From an uncultured Sphingorhabdus sp. (GTDB lineage: Bacteria > Pseudomonadota > Alphaproteobacteria > Sphingomonadales > Sphingomonadaceae): a stretch of 32,055 nt of DNA. The DNA lies in the NCBI GenBank assembly GCA_964535925.1, contig CAZHWG010000001.1, forward strand, positions 1-32,055. The letters run 5' to 3'. Position numbers and translations under genes: made by a program. Below are positions 17,555-26,068 of this stretch, piece by piece (within the stretch, counting starts at the first letter, position 1; the number at the start of each line of letters is the position of its first letter). Under the pieces are notes generated by a model, which worked only from the letters and a program-made list of their open reading frames with translations, searched no databases and was not told the origin of the DNA.

Positions 17555-18571
17555 TCAGGCGACCTGGCGTTCGTCGCGCGAGATATTGTGGCGCCGCATC
17601 TTTTCGACAAACGTCGTGCGCTGGACGTCGACGAGGCGGGCCGCCTGGGCGATCACGCCGCCGCATTCGACGAGGGCATCGACCAGCAGCCGGCGTTCTT
17701 CGGCCTGCAGATGGTCCTGCAGCGAGAAGCCTTCGGCCAATTTGACATCGGCGACCATCGGTTCAGGCTGGTCGGCGGTATGGGGGAACATCGGAACGAC
17801 CGACGTTTCGGCGAGGAGGAGCTCGACCTCTTCGCGGCCGATCGTCTGGCCAGGGAAGAAAATTCCGGCGCGTTCGACGACATTGCGCAGTTCGCGCACA
17901 TTGCCAGGCCAGTTGTAGGCGGCGAGGCGGTCGATCGCGGCCTTGCTCAGCACCGGGCGTTCTTCACCGGGCTCGATCAGGCTAATGAAATGCGCGACGA
18001 GCGGGCCGACATCCTCGGGACGTGCGGCCAGCGAGGGAATCTTGATGGGAATGACGCACAGGCGATAGAACAGGTCCTCGCGGAAGCCGCCGGTGGCGAT
18101 TTCCTGGTGCAGGTCACGATTGGTCGCGGCAATGATGCGGACATCGACGGGGATCTGCTTGGTCCCGCCAACGCGGCGAATCGAGCGTTCCTCGATGACG
18201 CGCAGCAGCTTGACCTGGAGCGCGAGCGGCATTTCGCCGATCTCGTCAAGGAACAGCGTGCCGCCATTGGCCTGTTCGAACAGGCCGACATGGCGACCGG
18301 TTGCGCCGGTGAAGCTGCCGTTTTCATGGCCGAACAGTTCGGACTCGATTAGGTTGGCGGCGATTGCGCCGCTGTTGACCGCGATGAAGGGCTGGTCCTT
18401 GCGCGGCGAGGCGCGGTGAATGGCCTGGGCGACGACTTCCTTGCCGCAGCCCGAGGGGCCGGTGATCATGACGCTCGCCCTGGCGTTGATCGAAAACCGG
18501 ATCATCGTGCGAACCGATGAAATCGCTTCGCTGTCGCCGATCACGAGTTCTGAAATTATCTTAGTTGGCAC
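17555..18571 (-). CDS. fleQ: sigma54-dependent activator, FleQ-like, AAA+ and HTH only
   Basis: GPSGCGKE, ESELFGHENGSFTGA, LFLDEIGEMPL, FREDLFYRL, WPGNVREL, and FleQ-type HTH AARL..VQRTTFVEKMRR. GTG start; located next to fliS. Confidence 0.85.
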   Translation of the reverse strand: MPTKIISELVIGDSEAISSVRTMIRFSINARASVMITGPSGCGKEVVAQAIHRASPRKDQPFIAVNSGAIAANLIESELFGHENGSFTGATGRHVGLFEQANGGTLFLDEIGEMPLALQVKLLRVIEERSIRRVGGTKQIPVDVRIIAATNRDLHQEIATGGFREDLFYRLCVIPIKIPSLAARPEDVGPLVAHFISLIEPGEERPVLSKAAIDRLAAYNWPGNVRELRNVVERAGIFFPGQTIGREEVELLLAETSVVPMFPHTADQPEPMVADVKLAEGFSLQDHLQAEERRLLVDALVECGGVIAQAARLVDVQRTTFVEKMRRHNISRDERQVA

Positions 18572-18665
18572 CCCGCAACCCCCGTCGCTATTATGTTTTT
18601 ATCGGGGACCGGGCGGGCTGTGTGACTGCCCTGCGATCCGCTGAGACCGAAGTAGCGGTGAAATG

Positions 18666-18681
18666 GTTAACGAAACCTTTA
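18666..18681 (-). promoter_or_regulatory. Putative CtrA binding site upstream of fleQ
   Basis: Minus strand TAAA-GGTTTCG-TTAAC(CAT): one mismatch to TTAA-N7-TTAAC, and it includes the TTAACCAT half-site. Confidence 0.5.
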
Positions 18682-18696
18682 ACGCCGACCCATGCT

Positions 18697-18789
18697 CGGA
18701 AAAAAATTGCCTGATTGCGGCAACGCATTGCCGGAATGCACCAAAATCCGCCAATCACACTCCCCGATCGGCGGCAGCGAATTGCCGCC
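18697..18789. promoter_or_regulatory. Enhancer-type palindromes in the fleQ/HD-GYP divergent region
   Basis: CGGAA-AAAAAT-TGCCT (18697-18712), CGGCA-ACGCAT-TGCCG (18718-18733) and GGCGGCA-GCGAAT-TGCCGCC (18770-18789). Confidence 0.55.
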
Positions 18790-18908
18790 CAAAAGGGCTT
18801 TCGGCGAACCAATGGTGCGATGACTTCGATTCGGGAGGTCAGCACAAAAACTCATTAATATTGATTAGTTGGGAGGCACTCTTTCCCAAGAATCCGCAGT
18901 CTCTGCAT

Positions 18909-18937
18909 TTGTCCGCGAGCGTTTAGACAGTTTTAAT
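18909..18937 (+). promoter_or_regulatory. Possible sigma70 promoter of the HD-GYP gene
   Basis: TTGTCC-N17-TTTAAT ending 23 nt before the ATG. Confidence 0.35.
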
Positions 18938-18959
18938 TTTCACTTCCTAAGGCAAAGGG

Positions 18960-20303
18960 ATGAAACGAGAAATCGCTGTCACCCAGCTCCAGATTGGCAT
19001 GTTCGTCGACTCCGTCGGCGGTTCGTGGTTTTCCCACCCCTTCTGGCGCAGCCGGCTCAAGATCAAGACCAACGAGCAGGTCGCGGCGTTCATCGAAAGC
19101 GGGATCGAGCGGCTCGTCATCGACACCGATCTGGGTATCGACGTCCCTGACGAGACTGCAACCCCCGAGGTCCAGCCCTTCGGCGCTTCGGCACCCGCCC
19201 GCCGCCGCGCAAGTCCGACGCCGTTTGCATCGGCCAAGCCTTCGCGGACGTTCGGCAAGCGCGAACGCGCCGCAGAGACGATCGACAATTCGAAACGCTT
19301 GGTCAAAACCCTGTACGAACAGGTCCAGTCGGGAGCCGCTGTCGAGCTTTCGCTCGCCGACACCGTGGCCGAAGACATCTGCAATGCGGTCGTCCAGGAT
19401 TCGGTGACGCTGGTCAACATGCTGCGGCTGAAGACCATGGACGAATACACCTATCTTCATTCGATCGCGGTCTGCACGCTGATGATCAAGCTGGCGCGGC
19501 AGCAACGCCTGGCGCAGGACCATGTCGTCCGCCTGGGAGTCGCCGGACTGCTCCACGACATCGGCAAGACCGGCATCCCGGCCGAAATCCTCAACAAGCC
19601 CGAGCCGTTGACCGAAAGCGAATTTGCGCTGGTCAAGGAGCACGCGCAAAAGGGCGCGGCGATCCTGCGCGAGCTGCCCGGCGTGACCGACTGCGCAATC
19701 GAGGTCTGCCTGCACCATCACGAACGCATGGACGGCAAGGGCTATCCCGCAGGGCTCGCCGGCGCCAAGATCGGCCTTCCCGCGCGGATGGGCGCGATCT
19801 GCGACGTTTACGATGCACTGACGTCCGAGCGTCCCTACAAAGAGGCGTGGTCGCCGCAACGCGCGGTCGGCGAAATGCAGAGCTGGAACGGCTGTTTCGA
19901 TCCCGAACTGCTGTTCAGCTTCTGCCAGGCGATCCGCGTCTTCCCGCTGGCATCGGTGGTCAAGCTCGACACCGACCAGCTCGCCGTCGTGATGCCGTCA
20001 AAGACCGACAATTCGCCGCCGCTCGTGCGCGTGTTCTACGACACGCGGCGCGATACGGTCGAACAGCCCGAGGACCTTGTCCTGGGCAACCGCGCCAATC
20101 ACGCGCACATCGTCGCGAGCGTCGACCCGCGGACCTGGCGCGCCGAGGACCCCGCGTCGCTGATCAAATATGTCATGCAGCCGGTCGGCACGATCAACCG
20201 CACCGTCCTGCAGCACATGTGGAACGAACCCCCAGCGGCCCCGGTCATCGGGCCCGACGGCAAAGAGACATCGCCGCAAGCCTTTGCGTGGAAAGCCGCC
20301 TAA
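18960..20303 (+). CDS. HD-GYP domain protein (c-di-GMP phosphodiesterase) with DUF3391-like N-terminus
   Basis: N-terminal QLQIGMFV...WFSHPF; DEYTYLHS, LLHDIGK, HHERMDGKGYP, ICDVYDALTSERPYK. Confidence 0.92.
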   Translation: MKREIAVTQLQIGMFVDSVGGSWFSHPFWRSRLKIKTNEQVAAFIESGIERLVIDTDLGIDVPDETATPEVQPFGASAPARRRASPTPFASAKPSRTFGKRERAAETIDNSKRLVKTLYEQVQSGAAVELSLADTVAEDICNAVVQDSVTLVNMLRLKTMDEYTYLHSIAVCTLMIKLARQQRLAQDHVVRLGVAGLLHDIGKTGIPAEILNKPEPLTESEFALVKEHAQKGAAILRELPGVTDCAIEVCLHHHERMDGKGYPAGLAGAKIGLPARMGAICDVYDALTSERPYKEAWSPQRAVGEMQSWNGCFDPELLFSFCQAIRVFPLASVVKLDTDQLAVVMPSKTDNSPPLVRVFYDTRRDTVEQPEDLVLGNRANHAHIVASVDPRTWRAEDPASLIKYVMQPVGTINRTVLQHMWNEPPAAPVIGPDGKETSPQAFAWKAA

Positions 20304-20310
20304 CGGCCGG

Positions 20311-20871
20311 TTAGACCGACCGCACGATCGCGCGCTGGCCGAAGCTGGCGGGGGCCGCGTTGACCAGTACCCAGCGCAACCCCATCAGCAGCGCGAACCA
20401 GAGCGTGTCGTTGAGCCCGATCGTCGCGACGATATTGGGCGCAAAGGTATCGAGCCCGCCGGCGAACTGTGCCAGCGCGAACAGCGAACCTTCATAAATG
20501 GCGAACGCCGCGACGAAACCCGCGACCATGGCTGCCAGATCGTTCGTCGTGTCGCCGACCCACTGCGTGATCGCGGTCCGGACGAAGCGCGCGGCCACCA
20601 GCGCCGCGATGCTGGCGCCAAGCAGTGCGGCGCCCCAGCCGATCGAATATTGCGTTACCGGATAGTCCATCAGACCATAGCCGATCGCCTGGTTGAGCAG
20701 CCAGACGAGGCCGATGGCGGCCATCGCGCGCCGAATGTCGAGCGTGAACGCGGCAACCGCGGCGGTCGCGGCGAAGGGCAGCACGCATGCGGCGGCAGGC
20801 GCGCCGGCAACGGTCGCCACCGCGAGGACACCGGTCCACAACAGCGCCTGGTTCGATTTGGTCATCGTCAT
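20311..20871 (-). CDS. Small polytopic membrane protein (about 6 TM), probably cobalamin-related
   Basis: 186 aa, hydrophobic, strong RBS AAGGAG, 21 bp downstream of the TonB receptor on the same strand. Confidence 0.8.
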   Translation of the reverse strand: MTMTKSNQALLWTGVLAVATVAGAPAAACVLPFAATAAVAAFTLDIRRAMAAIGLVWLLNQAIGYGLMDYPVTQYSIGWGAALLGASIAALVAARFVRTAITQWVGDTTNDLAAMVAGFVAAFAIYEGSLFALAQFAGGLDTFAPNIVATIGLNDTLWFALLMGLRWVLVNAAPASFGQRAIVRSV

Positions 20872-20892
20872 GTCTTTACTCCTTGATGCCGG

Positions 20893-22821
20893 TCAGAACC
20901 GGGCCTTGATGCCTATATGCGCGCTGCGACCGGGCGTCGCATAGCTAAAGACGTCTTCATAGTCTGCAGAAAACAGGTTTTCGATCCGCGCGAACAGCGT
21001 GACGCGCGCGTCGAGATCGTATCGCGTGCTCGCATTGACGAGCAGATAGTCGTCGAGCGTCACCGTGCGCGGCACGAACGACGGATCGGTGAAAGCGACA
21101 TCGCGCTGGCGCCCGGTATAGCGCGCGACGATCGTCGCAGCGAAACGGCTGGCCGTCGGCGTCCAGTCGACCGCGAGGCTTGCGGTGTGCGCCGGCCGGC
21201 GGACCTCCTCGACGCCGTTCTCGCGCGCGTCCAGCCAGGTATAGGCGCCGTCGATCCGCCAGGCCGGGCTCAGTCGCGCCTGAATATGGGTTTCGATGCC
21301 GCGCTGGCGCGACACCTCGGCGCGATTTCCCGGCGTAGGCACGAAGCCTGGCGGCGGAAAGGTGATGAATATCTCGTCGGTCAGGCGGCTCTGGAACCAG
21401 GTCGCGCCGATCGTCACGCGATCCGCGGCGAAGCGTTGCTCGATCCCCGCCTCCCAGCCGGTCGAACGCTCGGGCTGCAGCCCCGGATTGCCGATGAAGC
21501 GCCCGTCGAAATAGCCATAGAGTTCGTAAAAACCGGGATTCTTGACGCCGGTGCCGAACGCCGCGTGAAGCCGCGTGGCGGCGGCGATGCGGGCCGATCC
21601 GTTGAGGCGGAATGTGGTGACGTCGGCAAAACGGTTGTTCACGTCGTGGCGAACCGCCGCGCCGAGCACGTATGCCTCGCCGATAGTCAGCGCATATTCG
21701 CCGACCAGTCCAAGATTGTCGAAATCGCGCCGGCCGGTAAACGCCATGCCGGTCGGATCGGTATTGCGCGCACTCTCGCGCTCGGCATCGATCGCCAGCG
21801 TGACGCGATGCGCCAGCGCGCCCGCGCCGAAGTGGAGCGTGCTTTCATACGATCCCTTGTAGCGCCGCCCCTCGTTGCCAGAACTGCGGGCATCGCTGCG
21901 ATAGGTGTCGCGCACGCTGTCGGCGACCTGCGCGCTCACGACCTGTTTCCACTTGCCTCCGGCGAGGTCGAGCTCGCCGCGCAGCAGCGCGTAGCGCGCC
22001 GAGTTGACGAATCGCAGTCCCGGCGTGTCGACGATCAGGCCGAAATCGGGGCTGGCGGGATCGCCGTCGACGTCGTTGAAATCGCCCGCGCTGCGCGCAT
22101 AGCGCAACACCGCGGTCAGGCGCGCATTGTGAGCAAGCGAAAGGTTCGATTTTAACGCCAGCCCGCGGCTGTCGCTGCCGAGGTTGCGATTGCCGCCGCG
22201 TGCGCCCGGAGTCCCTTCGCTCGTCGAGTAGCTGCCCGACAGCGCATAATCGAACGCGCCCGAAACCCCTGCCCCGCGCGCCGCCGCGCCGAACGTACCG
22301 AACGATCCCGCCTCGGCGCGCGCGCTCAACCCCGGCGCATCGCGTCCCGAGGCGGTAATGTACTGGACGACGCCGCCGATCGCGTCGGAGCCGTAGAGCG
22401 CGCTCTGCTGGCCGCGCAGAACCTCGATCCGCGCGCCCGGTTCGGCGGTCAGGCCGGCAAAGTCGAACTCGCCCGCGAACGGATCGGACACCTCGATCCC
22501 GTCGATCAGGACGAGGACGTGGTTCGCTTCGCTGCCGCGCAGGCGCAGCTGCGTCTGACCGGGGGTCGCGCCGACCGCGACGCCGGGCACGTCGCGCAGC
22601 AGTTCGGCAACGCTGCGCCCCTCGCGATGGTCGATCGCGGTCGCATCGATGACGGTCACCGAATCGCCGCTGCGGTCGAGCGGCTCGGCCTCGCCCGATC
22701 GCGTGGCGGTGACGACAATCTCTTCATCGGAAGCGAAATCGTCGGACGCAATCGCCTGCGCCCAGCCGGGCGCGGACAACGCCAGCAGTGTCGCCGTGGT
22801 CAGATAATATACGGATTTCAT
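20893..22821 (-). CDS. btuB: TonB-dependent receptor, BtuB-like (642 aa)
   Basis: Signal peptide, TonB box EEIVVTATR, plug motifs LRDVPGV, RGSEANHVLVLIDG, RIEVLRGQQSALYGSDAIGGVV, NPGLQPE, terminal Phe. Start at ATG 22821. Substrate inferred from the riboswitch. Confidence 0.9.
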   Translation of the reverse strand: MKSVYYLTTATLLALSAPGWAQAIASDDFASDEEIVVTATRSGEAEPLDRSGDSVTVIDATAIDHREGRSVAELLRDVPGVAVGATPGQTQLRLRGSEANHVLVLIDGIEVSDPFAGEFDFAGLTAEPGARIEVLRGQQSALYGSDAIGGVVQYITASGRDAPGLSARAEAGSFGTFGAAARGAGVSGAFDYALSGSYSTSEGTPGARGGNRNLGSDSRGLALKSNLSLAHNARLTAVLRYARSAGDFNDVDGDPASPDFGLIVDTPGLRFVNSARYALLRGELDLAGGKWKQVVSAQVADSVRDTYRSDARSSGNEGRRYKGSYESTLHFGAGALAHRVTLAIDAERESARNTDPTGMAFTGRRDFDNLGLVGEYALTIGEAYVLGAAVRHDVNNRFADVTTFRLNGSARIAAATRLHAAFGTGVKNPGFYELYGYFDGRFIGNPGLQPERSTGWEAGIEQRFAADRVTIGATWFQSRLTDEIFITFPPPGFVPTPGNRAEVSRQRGIETHIQARLSPAWRIDGAYTWLDARENGVEEVRRPAHTASLAVDWTPTASRFAATIVARYTGRQRDVAFTDPSFVPRTVTLDDYLLVNASTRYDLDARVTLFARIENLFSADYEDVFSYATPGRSAHIGIKARF

Positions 22822-22934
22822 GTGTCGTTTCCCTTCGCGTTGTCGATCCGGAAGACACCGCGCCTTCCGGACATCGCTCACGCGAGGAAAAACCCCGTCC
22901 GCCCGGCACACCCGTCCGCGCGAAGGAACGACGC

Positions 22935-23122
22935 GGTGGGCAGGTCTCCTGGCTCTCGGGTCGCCGCCCGCATCGCGCCTCGCCTTCCCGGAATGTGTCC
23001 AGTGGCAAAGAGGCGCTTGGGCTCTCCGATGACAGTTGCGGGAGCAGCGCCGGATTGGGTCTTGCGACCGCACCGGCTTCCCTTTTGCTTCCCCCGGCTA
23101 AAGGGGAACCCATCACATGGCG
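22935..23122 (-). ncRNA. Cobalamin riboswitch
   Basis: Minus strand AAAAGGGAAGCCGGTG...AATCCGGCGCTGCTCCCGCAACTGT...GCCACTG...GGGAAGG...GAGCCAGGAGACCTGCC (B12 box). Boundaries approximate. Confidence 0.95.
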
Positions 23123-23185
23123 GCGATTTTAGGCAGCTTGGGCGCTCTCACGCAAGAGCGGAATGCAGCGGTCCCAGGCAGGCTA

Positions 23186-24541
23186 TCATGACGCGCGCTT
23201 GAAGCGAGCGATGAAGAACCCGTCGGCGCCACCCTCATCGGCGAGCATCGGCGGCGCAATCCTGAGCCAGCCCTCGGGCGCAATCGTCATCCCCGGCGCG
23301 ACCTCGTCGGCGGCAATCGGGTCGATCGACCAGCCGTCATGAGCCGCGATAAAGGCCTGCGCCTGCGCTTCTCCCTCGACGGGTTCGAGCGAGCAGGTCG
23401 CGTAGATCAGCCTGCCGCCCGGCTTCACCCACTCGGCGGCACGCGCAAGCGTCGCGGCCTGCAGTTCGGCGAGAGCGGCGATATCGTCGTCGCGGACGCG
23501 GTAGAGGACATCGGGATGGCGGCGGAAAATGCCCGTCGCGCTGCACGGCGCATCGAGTAACACCGCATCGGCTTGTCGCTCGGGCTGCCATTCGAGGATA
23601 TCGGCAGCGATCGTTGCGACCGACAGGCCCGAGCGCGCGATATTTTCGGCCATGCGTTCGAGCCGCTTGGCCGACTTGTCGACTGCAACCACGTTCCATC
23701 CGGCGGCGGCGAGCTGCAGGCTCTTGCCACCCGGTGCGGCGCACAGGTCGAGCACTGTCTTGCCGGCGCCCGCGCCGAGCAAGCGCGTAGGGATCGCCGC
23801 GGCGATGTCCTGCACCCACCAGGCGCCCGCGTCATAGCCGTCGAGCGCGGCGATCGATCCGGGCGTGTCGAGGCGGACATGGCCCGGCATCAGGCTCGTC
23901 CCGCCCAGCGTTTGCGTCCATTGCGCGGTTTCGCCCGCATCGCGCAGCGTCAGGTCGATCGGCGGCTGGTGGCCGAACGCCTCGCTCGCCGCTGCGACCA
24001 TTGGATCGCCCCACGCCGCCCGCCACCGGTCGACGACCGGTTCGGGCAGTTCGGCGATCTCGGGCAACCTTGCCTCCGAACGGAAGATCGTGCCGAGGAC
24101 GCCGTGCGCCAGCCGGCGCGGGCCGCCTTCGAGCAGCGGCAGCGCGGTCGCGAGGATCGCGTGCGGGGGGGTCGCCATCTTGAAGTGCTGGACGAGCGCG
24201 AGCCGCATCACCGAGCGTACCTTGACGTTGCTGTCGACCGGATTGCGCATCGCGCCGTCGATCAACGCGTCGAGCGCGGGCAAATGGCGCAGCACCTCGA
24301 TCGCGATCGCGATGGCGAGCGCGCGGTCGGCCTGCGCGGGCATGCCCTGCGTCGCGCCGTTGGCGACGCGGTCGAGCGACTCGCCGCGATGGAGCACCGC
24401 ATCGATGATCTTCAATGCCGCGCGGCGTGCGGGAAGCCCCGGCACCTCGCGCGTTTCGGTCTCGCGCTTGGGGCGCGGCCGTTTCGGCCCGCGCCAGGCC
24501 TGCGATTGATCGGGACGGTTCTGTCGGGGAGGATGCGCCAT
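23186..24541 (-). CDS. rsmB: RsmB/NOP family RNA m5C methyltransferase with NusB-like N-terminus
   Basis: WWVQD, VLDLCAAPGGKS, LLDAPCSATG, YATCSLE..EGE, DGFFIARF. Confidence 0.92.
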   Translation of the reverse strand: MAHPPRQNRPDQSQAWRGPKRPRPKRETETREVPGLPARRAALKIIDAVLHRGESLDRVANGATQGMPAQADRALAIAIAIEVLRHLPALDALIDGAMRNPVDSNVKVRSVMRLALVQHFKMATPPHAILATALPLLEGGPRRLAHGVLGTIFRSEARLPEIAELPEPVVDRWRAAWGDPMVAAASEAFGHQPPIDLTLRDAGETAQWTQTLGGTSLMPGHVRLDTPGSIAALDGYDAGAWWVQDIAAAIPTRLLGAGAGKTVLDLCAAPGGKSLQLAAAGWNVVAVDKSAKRLERMAENIARSGLSVATIAADILEWQPERQADAVLLDAPCSATGIFRRHPDVLYRVRDDDIAALAELQAATLARAAEWVKPGGRLIYATCSLEPVEGEAQAQAFIAAHDGWSIDPIAADEVAPGMTIAPEGWLRIAPPMLADEGGADGFFIARFKRAS

Positions 24542-24633
24542 CGCGCCGCCCTAGGCCAGCCCGAGCGGCGCGCCAAGCTTTTGCGCGCATGCGCGGCCTT
24601 TCGCCGAGCCGGCGCAACGCCTATATCGAAGCC

Positions 24634-24831
24634 ATGACCGACGATCCCCTGACCGACGATGCCACCCGCCCCCGCGCCACCAAGCGCCCCGACACGGTGC
24701 GGCCCCCGACGCGCTGGACCAACACGCCGCCGCCCAAACCGGCACGCGTCGACCTGGGCGACGATCCGCTCGGCACCGACCCCGTTCGCTATGGCGACTG
24801 GGAACGCAACGGCATCGCAATCGATTTCTAG
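24634..24831 (+). CDS. DUF1674 (SdhAF4-like) small protein
   Basis: C-terminal DPVRYGDWERNGIAIDF signature; 65 aa from ATG 24634, divergent from rsmB. Confidence 0.88.
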   Translation: MTDDPLTDDATRPRATKRPDTVRPPTRWTNTPPPKPARVDLGDDPLGTDPVRYGDWERNGIAIDF

Positions 24832-24861
24832 CGCCGGGTCCGGTCCACGCTCGCAGTGCGA

Positions 24862-26055
24862 TCATGCCGGGCGCAAGATCGCGGGCAATGCGGCCTTGCC
24901 ATGAATTTCGGCGAAGCGGGCACAGGCGAAACGGTCGGTCATGCCGGCAATGTAATCGGCGATGTGGCGCGCGCGACCGGGCTGCGCCCTTGGCAGGCGA
25001 TCGAACCAGTCGGCGTCGATCAGTTGCGGATCGTGCGCATAGGCATCGTACAGCCCCGCGATCACCGTTTCGGCGGCATCTGCGGCGGCGAGCTGTGCGT
25101 CGTGATGGTAGAGATTGGCGTACATGAACGATTTGAGCGCGCGTTCGTCGTGCGCCATCTGCGGCGAAAAACCGGCGATCGTCCGGCCGGCATGGCGCAC
25201 GTCGTCGGCGCTCGCCGGGTTCGTCTCGGCAATTGCGGCCCTGGTCTGTTCGATGACGTCGTTGACCATCGCACCGATTTGCGAGCGGACCAGCTCGCGC
25301 GCGCGCAATTCTACGGAAACGTCGGGATAGGTCGCGCTGACACGTTCCCACGTCGCCGCGATGAACGGTTCCTCGGCGAGCAGCCGGTCGAGCGTCAACA
25401 GGCCCGCGCGCAGCCCGTCGTCGATATCGTGATTGTCATAGGCGATGTCGTCGGCCACCGCCGCGACCTGCGCCTCGAGCGAGGCATAAGTGCCAAGATC
25501 GAGCGGAAACGCCGCATCGGCCGCCGCAAGCGCCCAGCCCGGCGCTGTCACCGGACCGTTATGCTTGGCGAGACCTTCAAGCGTTTCCCAACTGAGATTG
25601 AGCCCGGCAAAGCGCGGATAGGGGCTGTCGAGCAGCATCACCATACGCAGCGTCTGGCCGTTATGGTCGAAGCCGCCATGATCGGCGAGTGCAGCCTTGA
25701 GCGCCTTTTCGCCGGCATGGCCGAATGGCGGATGGCCGATGTCGTGCGCCAGGCAGAGTGCTTCGGTCAAATCCTCGTTGAGGCCGAGCGCGCGCGCGAT
25801 CGTGCGTCCGATCTGCGCGACTTCGAGGCTGTGGGTCAGGCGGACGCGATCGTGATCGCCGTCGGGCGAGATGAACACCTGCGTCTTGTGGCGCAGGCGA
25901 CGAAAGCCGGTCGAATGGATGATGCGGTCGCGGTCGCGCTGAAAGGCGTCGCGCGGGCCGCGCTGCTCGCCCGACGGACCCGGTTGGGCATGCTGGCGGC
26001 CCCGGCTGTTGGCGGGGTTTGCGGCATAGGGCGGGTGGGTTTGGGGGTCGGTCAC
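24862..26055 (-). CDS. dgt: Deoxyguanosinetriphosphate triphosphohydrolase
   Basis: FQRDRDRIIHS..FRRL..KTQVF, RLTHSLEV, AHDIGHPPFGHAGE, ADDIAY..HD.DD, DYIAGMTD. Confidence 0.95.
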   Translation of the reverse strand: MTDPQTHPPYAANPANSRGRQHAQPGPSGEQRGPRDAFQRDRDRIIHSTGFRRLRHKTQVFISPDGDHDRVRLTHSLEVAQIGRTIARALGLNEDLTEALCLAHDIGHPPFGHAGEKALKAALADHGGFDHNGQTLRMVMLLDSPYPRFAGLNLSWETLEGLAKHNGPVTAPGWALAAADAAFPLDLGTYASLEAQVAAVADDIAYDNHDIDDGLRAGLLTLDRLLAEEPFIAATWERVSATYPDVSVELRARELVRSQIGAMVNDVIEQTRAAIAETNPASADDVRHAGRTIAGFSPQMAHDERALKSFMYANLYHHDAQLAAADAAETVIAGLYDAYAHDPQLIDADWFDRLPRAQPGRARHIADYIAGMTDRFACARFAEIHGKAALPAILRPA

Positions 26056-26068
26056 GCCGACCCGCCTA

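Noticed and set aside
18280-18330. GSFTGA instead of GAFTGA in the FleQ-like protein as a sign of inactivity
   Set aside because: GSFTGA is a common functional variant; Phe and Thr are retained.
18615-18632. GG-N10-GC on the minus strand upstream of fleQ as a sigma54 promoter
   Set aside because: Lacks the TGGCAC and TTGC context; expected by chance at this GC content.
22822-23073. 84-aa N-terminal extension of the TonB receptor
   Set aside because: It runs through the riboswitch; the signal peptide starts at MKSVYY (22821).
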